Below, in pieces: positions 9,259 to 18,023 of a stretch of DNA of 39,076 nucleotides (the first letter of the stretch is position 1; each line of letters starts with the position of its first letter). The DNA lies in contig JBDRMG010000003.1 in assembly GCA_043812495.1 (NCBI GenBank), positions 1 to 39,076 on the forward strand. The letters are read 5' to 3'. This DNA comes from Candidatus Omnitrophota bacterium. GTDB lineage: Bacteria; Omnitrophota; Gorgyraeia; Zapsychrales; JBDRMG01. Below the pieces are notes generated by a model. That model searched no databases, was not told the origin of the DNA, and saw nothing but the letters and a program-made list of their open reading frames with translations. Made by a program: the position numbers and the translations under genes.

Positions 9259-9990
9259 TTAATTTATTTGGTCGCAATAACGATCATACTCGGCTTCGTA
9301 CGTCACGTGCCCCTGACGGTCATACGCCCTTTTGTAACCGGTTCTTCGCATCTTGGTCAAATTCCATTCAAATCTTACGGACCCGTCATCATAAAATAAT
9401 TTCCCGATGCCCACCTCTTTTTTGCCATCGCAATCCAGAGCATCTCTGTAATCCACTTCATAGAGCAAAGAGCCATCCTTGTTAAATTCCCTCGCCAGAT
9501 GCAACTCTCCAAGATTGTATTCCATTTCTTTTCTTATCTGGCCATTCTCGTAATATTCCTTCGAAGGGCCATGCTTCTTTCCACGCCTGTAGAATTCTTC
9601 GCCGTAGGTATGCCGGTAATGATCGACAAATTTGACTGGGCCGTCAGGAATCGTGCCTGTTTGCTCAGTCACGCCTTTTGGGGAAACTTTTTGCCTGCCG
9701 ACTTCTCGATCATCCTCGTAAAAGACCTCTTCTGTAGTATCGAGACCGCGTATCACCTGGGATTTCTTTGTAATATTTCCCGAATGGATAACTTCACCCG
9801 GAACAGAGAAACTCTTGGCTTGATCAAGGGCGATTGGCAAACTCTGTTTTTGGTTTTCTAAATCCTCAACGGAAGAGCTATCTTTTCTCTCTAGTGAATG
9901 ATTGATCCAAACATTCAAGGCAAAGACAGAGGCAACGAGTGCGAAAATGATAAATCCTTTCCATGAAAATATGTTTAGGCTCTTGCTCAC
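9259..9990 (-). CDS. Membrane-anchored MORN-variant repeat protein (YwqK-like)
   Basis: N-terminal TM helix; repeats such as HGPSKEYYENGQIR, GIGKLFYDDGSVR, GYKRAYDRQG. Confidence 0.7.
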   Translation of the reverse strand: MSKSLNIFSWKGFIIFALVASVFALNVWINHSLERKDSSSVEDLENQKQSLPIALDQAKSFSVPGEVIHSGNITKKSQVIRGLDTTEEVFYEDDREVGRQKVSPKGVTEQTGTIPDGPVKFVDHYRHTYGEEFYRRGKKHGPSKEYYENGQIRKEMEYNLGELHLAREFNKDGSLLYEVDYRDALDCDGKKEVGIGKLFYDDGSVRFEWNLTKMRRTGYKRAYDRQGHVTYEAEYDRYCDQIN

Positions 9991-10236
9991 AATAGAATTA
10001 TTGTAACACGGATTCTATTTTGTTGAAATATTATGATTGTATTTATTGTATTTATTTGTTACTCGCCCACCAATATTGTTAAATAATTTTGGTGGGCAGG
10101 GGTCAAGCAAATGCAATTATAATATTTCAACATTAATCTAAAAGAATCGACAGAGCACTCCAAACACACAGAATTTTTCTTGACGGTCTCAAGAGATTTC
10201 AAGTAAGATGAGTCAAGTACGAAAGGTAACGCCGAT

Positions 10237-12165
10237 ATGACCAAACGAAAGAATCATAAGAAAAAAGAGCGACAACACCATTCGGAAGATCAGCATCCCT
10301 CTTCTGCCACGGAAACGCCTCCTGGGCGCAAATGGATCATCTTTTCTCTTATTTGCATCCTGGTCCTGACTTTTGTTTCCTTCCTGCCGACTCTAAAGAA
10401 CGGCTTTCTTTATTTCGATGACGATACTCACCTGATTGAAAATCCGCAGGTGCGCTCGCTCTCTGTAAGCAATATCAAACGGATTTTTACATCCGCTGTC
10501 AACGAGACATACATCCCACTCTCCATTCTTTCGTTTGCCGCGGAATTTCATTTCTTCGGATACAACCCGCATGTTTACCATCTGGACAATTTGCTCATAC
10601 ACCTTACGGTCGTGGCTCTAGTCTTCTGGTTGGCCCTGCGCATGGGATTGACTTTAAGGGCGAGCCTTCTAGTTGCACTTCTTTTTGGGATTCATCCCAT
10701 GCGTGTCGAATCCGTCGCTTGGGTGACGGAACGCAAAGATGTTCTTTATGCTGCCTTTTATCTTCTGGCCCTGCACAGTTATTGGAGTTACTTGCACCAT
10801 CCAAAAGTAAAATATTTTATTCTTGCCATGATCTTAGGAATTTTAAGCATGCTCGCTAAAGCCATGGCGCTCAGCCTGCCTCTCATTCTTTTACTGATGG
10901 ACTGGTATGTAAAACGTAAATTTTCCTGGAAAATAGTTTTGGAGAAAATCCCGTTCTTCCTGTACTGTGCCGGAATCGGATGGATTACGTATCGGCTGAA
11001 TATCCGCATGCCCGTGGCCGACACCACCCACGCCGGCCTGATTTGGATATGGTCGTTCAGCTTTTATTTCGAGAAATTCTTTTTTCCCTGGCCCCTTATT
11101 CCTCTTTATTTTGTTCCCCAGCCCTTTACATTGGCCAACAGCGACTATCTTCTATCATTTATCATTTTTTTCTCCCTGATTTTCTTTCTTGTGCGTTTTC
11201 GCAAAAACCGTCTTTTTGTCTTTGCGATCGCCTATTACGTTCTTTCCATCTTTTTTCTGATGCGCTCCAATACCTCTGAAACCAATGCCGTGGCCGACCG
11301 GTTCATGTATCTGCCGTGCCTGGGATTGTGTTTTTTCTTGGGCGTCCGCCTGGATGGCTTGCTCAAGAATTCCCGGACCAAGACATCCTGGCTTTATCCG
11401 GCCACAACGGTCTTGGTAATTCTTCTCTATTTCAATCTGGCTTGCCTGACGTGGCAGCAGACAAAAGTCTGGAGTGATACCCCCATGTTCGCCGCCTATT
11501 CTCTTAAGCAACTTTCTCCTGTCCCCATCCGCAGGGGTCTGGATAAACGGTTCATATTCTTTGTCAATCGTGGAAAATATTACGAAGTGATCGGAAAATA
11601 TACGCTTGCTTTAAATGATTACACCGAAGCCATTAAGCTTGCGCCAACACAATATGTTGGTTACTTTAATCGAGGGAACATCCATTTTGCGCTCAAGCAA
11701 TACGCCGCGGCCCTTAAGGATTACACGAAATCCATTAATCTCAACGGTCAACAATCCTTCGCGTATGCGAAACGAGGATCGACGCACCTTGAACTCGGCC
11801 AAGTCCCTGAGGCCTTGGAGGATTTTAATAAAGCCATCGACCTTGATCCGAAGAACGCGAGTGCTTACGACGGCCGGGGCGTGATCTTAGGGCAGCAAGG
11901 ACGATTGGATGAAGCCTATCAGGATTTCAACAGAGCTATCGTTCTTAACCCTTTTTATGCGGAAGCCTATGCGAACCGGGGATTGTATTACTATTTTGCG
12001 GGAGATTTAGAGAATGCTGTCAAAGATTTAGACAAAGCTATTTCGCTCAAGCCGAACTTGACTTATGCGTATGCGACGCGGGCGGCAATTTATGAAAAAA
12101 CCGGCCATGGGCTTGATGCCCTCAGTGATCAAATGAAATTAAAATTTCCTTTTGATGAAAATTGA
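10237..12165 (+). CDS. TMTC-like GT-C membrane glycosyltransferase with C-terminal TPR repeats
   Basis: First-loop FDDD, HPMRVESVAWVTERKD, ADRFMYLP, multiple TM helices, about 6 TPRs (NRG..Y..A..D..KAI.L.P). Confidence 0.85.
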   Translation: MTKRKNHKKKERQHHSEDQHPSSATETPPGRKWIIFSLICILVLTFVSFLPTLKNGFLYFDDDTHLIENPQVRSLSVSNIKRIFTSAVNETYIPLSILSFAAEFHFFGYNPHVYHLDNLLIHLTVVALVFWLALRMGLTLRASLLVALLFGIHPMRVESVAWVTERKDVLYAAFYLLALHSYWSYLHHPKVKYFILAMILGILSMLAKAMALSLPLILLLMDWYVKRKFSWKIVLEKIPFFLYCAGIGWITYRLNIRMPVADTTHAGLIWIWSFSFYFEKFFFPWPLIPLYFVPQPFTLANSDYLLSFIIFFSLIFFLVRFRKNRLFVFAIAYYVLSIFFLMRSNTSETNAVADRFMYLPCLGLCFFLGVRLDGLLKNSRTKTSWLYPATTVLVILLYFNLACLTWQQTKVWSDTPMFAAYSLKQLSPVPIRRGLDKRFIFFVNRGKYYEVIGKYTLALNDYTEAIKLAPTQYVGYFNRGNIHFALKQYAAALKDYTKSINLNGQQSFAYAKRGSTHLELGQVPEALEDFNKAIDLDPKNASAYDGRGVILGQQGRLDEAYQDFNRAIVLNPFYAEAYANRGLYYYFAGDLENAVKDLDKAISLKPNLTYAYATRAAIYEKTGHGLDALSDQMKLKFPFDEN

Positions 12166-12197
12166 ACGGCCGGCAAAATCAATAAAGCTATAAGAAC

Positions 12198-12674
12198 CTA
12201 ATCAGAAATTGAATTTCCCGAACCTGCTATTTTGTTCAAATGTTTTTCCAACAGAAGCCATGTTTTGGCGCCGACCACCCCGTCCTGCGTGAGGTTATTG
12301 GCTTTCTGAAAGTCGCGGATGGCCTTTTCGGTTCCCGCGCCAAGCTTCCCGTCAATTACGCCTGCATAAAAACCGGCATTTTTCAAAGCCTTCTGAACAT
12401 CTTCAGGAGCCAAGGTAATCTTGTCGCTGATCAAGCTTTTAGTTTCTTGTTTGTTGACGACCGGATTTGCCACCGCAATAACCTTCTGCTCTTTTTGTTT
12501 TTGCAAATCTAAGCGCAGAGAAGAAATATCCTGATTGGCTCTTTCGACCTCGCCTTCCAGTTGCTCCACTTTTCGCTCAAGGCTCTGGATTTGATAATCC
12601 TTAGCGCTTTTGCCGCTTGTCGCACACCCGGCAAGACTCAATACAACAATCACTACTAACAATCTAACAAACAT
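12198..12674 (-). CDS. Peptidoglycan-binding lipoprotein (coiled coil + PG_binding_1 domain)
   Basis: Lipobox LAGC; VQKALKNAGFY..IDGKLG..T..AIRDFQ..DGVVGAKTW; RBS AAGGAGG. Confidence 0.88.
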   Translation of the reverse strand: MFVRLLVVIVVLSLAGCATSGKSAKDYQIQSLERKVEQLEGEVERANQDISSLRLDLQKQKEQKVIAVANPVVNKQETKSLISDKITLAPEDVQKALKNAGFYAGVIDGKLGAGTEKAIRDFQKANNLTQDGVVGAKTWLLLEKHLNKIAGSGNSISD

Positions 12675-12700
12675 TCCATACCTCCTTCAATGAGCGCATC

Positions 12701-12808
12701 ACTTACGGAACGAGCGAGCGTCCGTCAAATTGCCCATGGCAATTTGACGAGATCTCGCCAGATTTCCTTCTGGAAATCTGGCGGACTTTCTTCGCTCAAT
12801 CCGTAAGT
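12701..12808. repeat. Double-hairpin (cruciform) element, family B, copy 1
   Basis: Basal stems ACTTACGGA/TCCGTAAGT and GAGCGA/TCGCTC enclose hairpins GTCAAATTGCC-cat-GGCAATTTGAC and CGCCAGATTTCC-ttct-GGAAATCTGGCG, joined by GAGATCTC. Confidence 0.85.
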
Positions 12809-12838
12809 CTGGGCCTCCTGAGACCTCCTTCTTTTACA

Positions 12839-12905
12839 AAAAACCCGCAGCCGTTTGTCTGTTTAACTGTGGTTTTCCGTCCTTTAGTCTTTAGAATTAA
12901 TTTAT
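12839..12905 (-). repeat. 67-bp direct repeat, copy A (contains terminator-like hairpin)
   Basis: 56/67 identical to 13036-13102 by manual alignment. Confidence 0.85.
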
Positions 12906-12947
12906 GGGTCTTCCGACTTTTTAGTGGGTAAAAAACAAAGGACGTAT

Positions 12948-13025
12948 TGAGGGACGTTGATGATAGTATGACTTTGTTAACATCTCAAAAAGCCAAAACT
13001 ATCATAGAATCATCAACGTCCCTCA
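12948..13025. repeat. 17-bp perfect inverted repeat TGAGGGACGTTGATGAT with 44-bp spacer (REP-like)
   Basis: 12948-12964 is the exact reverse complement of 13009-13025. Confidence 0.85.
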
Positions 13026-13035
13026 GTTTTTGTTC

Positions 13036-13102
13036 AAAAATCCGCAGCCGTTTGTTTCTTGAACTGCGGTTTTCAGTCATTAAGTCTTGAGAACTGATTT
13101 AT
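13036..13102 (-). repeat. 67-bp direct repeat, copy B (contains terminator-like hairpin)
   Basis: Minus strand reads TCAGT..ACTGA hairpin then AAAACCGCAGTT..GGCTGCGGATTTTT. Confidence 0.85.
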
Positions 13103-13109
13103 TATACCA
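13101..13109 (-). promoter_or_regulatory. Extended -10 promoter (TGGTATAAT)
   Basis: Perfect TGnTATAAT on the minus strand just upstream of direct-repeat copy B. Confidence 0.55.
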
Positions 13110-13186
13110 AAAATTTATTCCGTCAAGAGGATATTATGAAAAATCTTCATCGGGCAGCACGGAGCCGGGCTGCGCATGATTAGCTC

Positions 13187-13459
13187 TTATCGCGGCAAAT
13201 CTTTTTGAAGCAAATCTTCCCGCTCCTGCATCATCTTTTCGATGCCCGCGGTCTTTTGCTTGGCGCTGTCCAGGGCCGACCGGTACGTGGATGTATCGAT
13301 GCCCTGCTCTTTCATGGTCTTTTGTGTTTCTTGATCGGCGCTAGGTTTTTGATAATACGTGGTAATTGCTTTGTAGGCAAGAAAAGCAACGATTGCGATA
13401 GCAAGAAGCATCCCAATCAACGACGCAAAGCCTTTTTCATTTCCATTTCTCATCGTCAT
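13187..13459 (-). CDS. Small pilin-like membrane protein
   Basis: EKG|FASLIGMLLAIAIVAFL prepilin-like N-terminus; RBS GGAGGG 7 nt before ATG 13459. Confidence 0.7.
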   Translation of the reverse strand: MTMRNGNEKGFASLIGMLLAIAIVAFLAYKAITTYYQKPSADQETQKTMKEQGIDTSTYRSALDSAKQKTAGIEKMMQEREDLLQKDLPR

Positions 13460-13486
13460 TGTCAAGCCCTCCGTTAAGTTTTAATC

Positions 13487-13517
13487 AAAACTTCAATACT
13501 TCAATCCCTGTCTCCTA
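13487..13517. repeat. 31-bp direct repeat, left copy
   Basis: aaaacttcaatacttcaatccctgtctccta; 27/31 identical to 14169-14199. Confidence 0.8.
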
Positions 13518-13526
13518 AGCGAGCTT

Positions 13527-14126
13527 TTATTGGCCACTTCTTTTTTTAGATTTCTCAAAGATCCAGACTATCCATGAAGCCATTAGGTACCAATACATCC
13601 ATTGAAATAGAAGGAACGCTAAGCCAAGAAAAATATCGGACATTGTTATAAGGACATCGTGTCTGTACTGGCTCGATGTCTGTAAAAGTTGAATTAATAG
13701 CAGTGGAGAGAATAAACATTCTAACCATTTTATTGCTGATGAACCGGTTGTATTGGCAAAGGCTCTTAAGAAGATAGTTAATACAGAAATTATTGCTGTT
13801 AATAAAACTTTTATTGATGTTGGCCTGATAAATTCATTTTTTGCAAAAGGTAAATACCAACGAATCCGCTCTAAGATGCAGGCGATAGCATAGCCGAAAA
13901 ACAAAACGCAAATGAACTCAACAAGAAAAATAGAATATCCGAAGATACTGATGGCTGATGTCCATACGATAAGCAAAAAACCAAATAAAAGTTTAATGGG
14001 AAAAATGACAATGAGCAAAACCAATACCTTAAAAGCATTGGGTTTAAAAAACTTTCTTAAGGTGTCGATTTTTTGCATCATAAGTTTTGAAGAGAAATAA
14101 ATGAGCCTTTGCCGTGATGAATTCAT
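13527..14126 (-). CDS. AT-rich orphan multi-pass membrane protein with internal duplication
   Basis: Several hydrophobic helices; two similar halves (FFKPNAFKVLV / FIRPTSIKVLL). Start uncertain. Confidence 0.6.
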   Translation of the reverse strand: MNSSRQRLIYFSSKLMMQKIDTLRKFFKPNAFKVLVLLIVIFPIKLLFGFLLIVWTSAISIFGYSIFLVEFICVLFFGYAIACILERIRWYLPFAKNEFIRPTSIKVLLTAIISVLTIFLRAFANTTGSSAIKWLECLFSPLLLIQLLQTSSQYRHDVLITMSDIFLGLAFLLFQWMYWYLMASWIVWIFEKSKKRSGQ

Positions 14127-14168
14127 CCTGTGAGAAAGACGATAAGCAGGGGGGTCTCAAAACTATAA

Positions 14169-14199
14169 AAAACTTCAAACCTTCAATCCCCGTCCCCTA
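14169..14199. repeat. 31-bp direct repeat, right copy
   Basis: aaaacttcaaaccttcaatccccgtccccta. Confidence 0.8.
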
Positions 14200-14292
14200 T
14201 TGGTTCTGATTAATACGTGTTTATTATACCAATAAACGTTATTGCTATAAGTTTTATTTATCCAAATTTTTATGTTAGAATACTGCCCTCTT

Positions 14293-16509
14293 ATGAAAAT
14301 TGTCCCCACTCTCGAAAAATATAATTTCTCCCAATCCGCGATTAAAGCGATTACCCAAAACGTCATCGGTGATTTCTATCCGCCGCAGGCCGAAGTCATC
14401 CGCCAAGGTATTTTGGACGGCGAAAGCATTCTGATGGCTATCCCGACAGCCTCGGGAAAAACCCTGATGGCCGAGCTCTGCATGCTCAAAAGCATTTTGC
14501 AGAATAACGGACGGTGTCTTTATATCGCTCCTTTAAAAGCGCTGGCCAGCGAAAAGTACGAAGAATTTAAGGAAAAATATGATTCTCTTGGTATCAAAGT
14601 CGGCATGGCTACTGGCGATTTGGACATTCCCAGCAAAATGCTCAACCGCTATCAAATTTTGATCGCAACCGCTGAGAAAGTGGACTCTCTTTTACGCTTT
14701 CGTGCCAAATGGCTGATTAATTCGTTGACGGTTGTGGTCCTCGATGAGATTCATTTTATCAATGACGGCTCGCGCGGGCCCACTATGGAAATCCTCACCG
14801 CGCGCATCAAACAATTCAATCCGGACATTCAGATTTTGGCCCTGAGCGCCACGGTGAGCAATGCCGATGAAATGGCCAAATGGCTCAAAGCCAAAGCTGT
14901 TGTGAGTGACTGGCGTCCTGTTCCATTAAAGGAAGGCGTTTATTTTAATGAAAAAATTGTCTTTAACAAGGACGGTACGCGCCTCATCAGAGAAGAACCA
15001 CCCGATGATTTAAGCAAGCTTGTTTTGGATACACTGCGCGGTAAGGGTCAGGTGCTGGTGTTTGTGGGAAGCCGGCGCTCGGCGCAGGCCTCAAGCCGGT
15101 TGGTCAGCTCATCCGTAGCCAAAACGCTTGCGCCTAATGAAAAAAAAGAGCTCATGCAAGTGGCCAAGCAGGTTTTAGGCACGCGCGGCGAATCCACAAA
15201 AATCTGCCAAAAGCTCGCGGATGTCGTGGCCTGCGGCAGCGCGTTTCATCACGCAGGCCTGAAAACCAATCAGCGAAAAATCATCGAAGACAACTTTAAG
15301 AAAAATCTCATTAAGGTGATCTGTTCGACGCCCACGCTTGCGGCCGGCGTAAACTTGCCGGCGCGCCGCGCCATCATCCGCGATTGCAAACGTTACGAAG
15401 CGGGCCTGGGCTCGGCATACATTCCGACATTTGAATACAAACAATGTGCCGGCCGTGCCGGCCGTCCCAAATACGATAAGTACGGCGAAGCCGTGCTCGT
15501 GGCCAAATCCCCGTCTGAATCTTCCGCGCTTTTTGACCGCTACATCAATGCCGAACCTGAGCCCGTCATTTCAAAATTGGGCAACGAGGCGGCGCTGCGC
15601 ATGCACATCCTTTCCTCTGTCGCTAGCGGCTACATCCACGACATTAACGGCATGTTCGAATTTATGTCCCATACGTTCTTATCGCATCAGAAGCAAGGCC
15701 ATAATCTTATCGAGATGATCAGCAATATCTTTGACTTTCTCGATAAGGAGGGATTGGTCGAAAAAAGCGGATTCCGTTTCTCTGCCACAGCCTTTGGCCA
15801 GGTGGTCAGCCGCCTTTACATCGATCCGGCCTCAGGGATCATTCTGCGCGACGGCCTCAAAAAAATCGAAAACGGAAAATCTTTTTCAAGCACAGGGCTC
15901 TTGCATTTAGCGGCAATTTGTCCGGACGCGGAACTCATCCGTAATGTTTCCAAAAACGATTATGAAGAGTTGGAGGCCTTCGCGGCGCATTATTATGATG
16001 AATTGATTATGACACCCGAAGACTTACCATCCCTCGAAGACCTTTACTATTATCTATCGAGTTTAAAAACAACGTGGATGCTCACGCGCTGGATGGATGA
16101 GGAAAAAGAAGATATTCTCTGTGATGTTTTTTCTATCGGACCCGGCGATATCCATCGCCATGTGGAAAGCACTGAATGGCTTTTGCACGCGGCCACGGTT
16201 TTGGCAGAACTCTTTCAATACAAAAAATTGACGTTTGTTTTGGAAGATTTGCGCGTGCGCGTGCATTACGGTATTCGCGAAGAACTGATGGAACTGGTCA
16301 CTCTCAAAGGCGTGGGCCGCGTGCGCGCGCGGCAGTTATTTAAAAAAGGATACAAGAAGCTCTCCGAATTAAAATTCTCCTCTCTCGATGACCTGGCAGG
16401 GATCCCCAGAATCGGTAAAACCCTCGCGAGAGATATCCTCTCGCAAGTGTCACGGAAGCGACCAAAATCGCCAAGAATCGAAGATGAGTCTCTCATCGAC
16501 CAAAATTGA
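14293..16509 (+). CDS. Ski2-like SF2 DNA helicase, Hel308/Hjm type
   Basis: YPPQ, PTASGKT, PLKALASEK, DEIH, LSAT, FHHAGL, TPTLAAGVNLPA, QCAGRAGRP, VSRLYIDP, GVGRVRAR plus terminal HhH. Alternative start at 14272. Confidence 0.9.
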   Translation: MKIVPTLEKYNFSQSAIKAITQNVIGDFYPPQAEVIRQGILDGESILMAIPTASGKTLMAELCMLKSILQNNGRCLYIAPLKALASEKYEEFKEKYDSLGIKVGMATGDLDIPSKMLNRYQILIATAEKVDSLLRFRAKWLINSLTVVVLDEIHFINDGSRGPTMEILTARIKQFNPDIQILALSATVSNADEMAKWLKAKAVVSDWRPVPLKEGVYFNEKIVFNKDGTRLIREEPPDDLSKLVLDTLRGKGQVLVFVGSRRSAQASSRLVSSSVAKTLAPNEKKELMQVAKQVLGTRGESTKICQKLADVVACGSAFHHAGLKTNQRKIIEDNFKKNLIKVICSTPTLAAGVNLPARRAIIRDCKRYEAGLGSAYIPTFEYKQCAGRAGRPKYDKYGEAVLVAKSPSESSALFDRYINAEPEPVISKLGNEAALRMHILSSVASGYIHDINGMFEFMSHTFLSHQKQGHNLIEMISNIFDFLDKEGLVEKSGFRFSATAFGQVVSRLYIDPASGIILRDGLKKIENGKSFSSTGLLHLAAICPDAELIRNVSKNDYEELEAFAAHYYDELIMTPEDLPSLEDLYYYLSSLKTTWMLTRWMDEEKEDILCDVFSIGPGDIHRHVESTEWLLHAATVLAELFQYKKLTFVLEDLRVRVHYGIREELMELVTLKGVGRVRARQLFKKGYKKLSELKFSSLDDLAGIPRIGKTLARDILSQVSRKRPKSPRIEDESLIDQN

Positions 16510-17270
16510 TGAACGAAAAAACATTAGTTAAAATCCTTAATCGTGCTCACCTTTTTAATTGGCTGCGCTGGATCAGATCAAAAGCACAAGCCGGCAACAA
16601 ACATAAGATTGCTTTTTATCGTCAATTTGTCTCGCGTGATGATTTATGTTTCGATATCGGCGCCAATATCGGCCAAAAGGTTGAATTCTTCTTAAAACTC
16701 AAAGCCCGTGTTATCGCAGTCGAACCGCAATGTTCTTGCTATCATTTCTTAAAGAATATCTATCGAAAAAATCCCCGGGTTACGGTGCTTCATGAAGCCT
16801 TGGATGAGCAAAAAGGACAGAAGGAGATCATGCTCTGCGAAGCCAACGCGATGTCATCTTTTTCAAAAGAATGGATTCGGGAAGCCAGGAAAATCTTTGA
16901 TTACGAATGGTCGGGCGCTGAAACAGTCGTTACCGAAACGCTTGATGACTTGATCACGCGATTCGGGACACCCCAATATATCAAAATTGACGTCGAAGGT
17001 TTTGAGTTGAATGTCATTCGGGGATTAAATCAAAAAGTCCCTTTCTTAAGTTTTGAGGTCAATCCTTGGAGCGTACCTACCCTTCCCCGCATAGTGGACC
17101 ATTTGGCAAAATTTGCCTCCCCGCGTTTTAATTTCGTCGAAGACCCAACCTTTGCTCATCGTCCGGTTCATTTTCCCTTTAGAGAATGGCTGACACGCGA
17201 ACAACTGCTTGATTTTGCCCAGAAAAATCAGAAAAGTATGTTTAAAGACGTATTTGTGAAATGGGTGTAA
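16509..17270 (+). CDS. FkbM family methyltransferase
   Basis: FDIGANIG, AVEP, IKIDVEGFE; start overlaps the helicase stop (TGATG). Confidence 0.9.
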   Translation: MNEKTLVKILNRAHLFNWLRWIRSKAQAGNKHKIAFYRQFVSRDDLCFDIGANIGQKVEFFLKLKARVIAVEPQCSCYHFLKNIYRKNPRVTVLHEALDEQKGQKEIMLCEANAMSSFSKEWIREARKIFDYEWSGAETVVTETLDDLITRFGTPQYIKIDVEGFELNVIRGLNQKVPFLSFEVNPWSVPTLPRIVDHLAKFASPRFNFVEDPTFAHRPVHFPFREWLTREQLLDFAQKNQKSMFKDVFVKWV

Positions 17271-17284
17271 ATGCCTATCGTTGA

Positions 17285-18016
17285 TTATAGGTATCGTGCC
17301 GATTTGACCTGTTTTTCCAGGTGAAATGACAGGAAATTATTAAGGACATACTTCAGTTCCTTCTGGATGGATTTGGCAAGACCCAAACGAAGACTTTTTT
17401 GCCAGTCGCTTTGCTCGATATGAAGCATGCTCGCAATCGCGCCTTTAGAAATCGGATGCGCCGCTGGGTCATTCGACAGGCAGTTCATGCACAAAAGGCC
17501 GCCGAGCTGTGTGCTGAAACGCGATCGCGTGGGGATATCTTTTTGGCAAATCAAGCAATGGTCGATGTGCGGCCGAAAACCGGATAAATGCAGCATGCGG
17601 ATCTGAAAAATATGCACAAGCTTATTTATATCTTTGATGGCTTGAAGACTTTCTAAGAAATTCATCATCAAATGATACACGTCTTCGTTGGGCTCTTCCG
17701 GCGGCATAATCGCATCCACAAGTTCGCAAGAATATTGGGCTGCGAGCGCGCGTTTCATATTCTGGCGAATCGGGAAATAAAATTGCTTCAGATCGCACTG
17801 ACCCACCAAGTGCAAATCCGCATTCGCGTGCCAGTAATACACCAAATCATTCACGGAAAACTTATCGACACTGCTTCCGAATTTCTTTGTGTCTTTGCGA
17901 ATCGCCTTAAGAACCCCTTTGATTTTTCCGTGATCCCTAGTAAAAAAGGTCGCGATGCAGCTGGTTTCACGGAAATCAAATCGTTTAAGAACTACGCCTT
18001 CTGTCTTTCGGATCAT
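17285..18016 (-). CDS. recO: DNA repair protein RecO
   Basis: N-terminal OB fold (EGVVLK..FTRDHGKI), GFRP..CxxC..GGLLCxxC zinc finger; follows ybeY. Confidence 0.93.
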   Translation of the reverse strand: MIRKTEGVVLKRFDFRETSCIATFFTRDHGKIKGVLKAIRKDTKKFGSSVDKFSVNDLVYYWHANADLHLVGQCDLKQFYFPIRQNMKRALAAQYSCELVDAIMPPEEPNEDVYHLMMNFLESLQAIKDINKLVHIFQIRMLHLSGFRPHIDHCLICQKDIPTRSRFSTQLGGLLCMNCLSNDPAAHPISKGAIASMLHIEQSDWQKSLRLGLAKSIQKELKYVLNNFLSFHLEKQVKSARYL

Positions 18017-18023
18017 TCTCGGG

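Noticed and set aside
9259..9990. Toxin-antitoxin system (YwqK-like label)
   Set aside because: Only generic MORN-variant repeats with a membrane anchor; no adjacent toxin gene.
12701..12808. Family B element as tRNA or c-di-AMP (ydaO) riboswitch
   Set aside because: No T-loop, D-loop or anticodon arm pattern; lacks ydaO conserved segments such as GCUGAAUCC and GGGG..AAUC.
12839..13102. Direct repeats as a CRISPR array
   Set aside because: Only two 67-bp copies with a 130-bp spacer and no cas genes; wrong geometry.
13487..14199. Integron attC sites around the orphan gene
   Set aside because: The repeats are not palindromic, lack RYYYAAC/GTTRRRY boxes, and no integrase is present.
6517..14366. 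Intergenic short ORFs 6517-6699, 10059-10244 and 14175-14366
   Set aside because: They cross promoter-like AT-rich DNA or repeats, overlap neighbouring genes and lack coding features.
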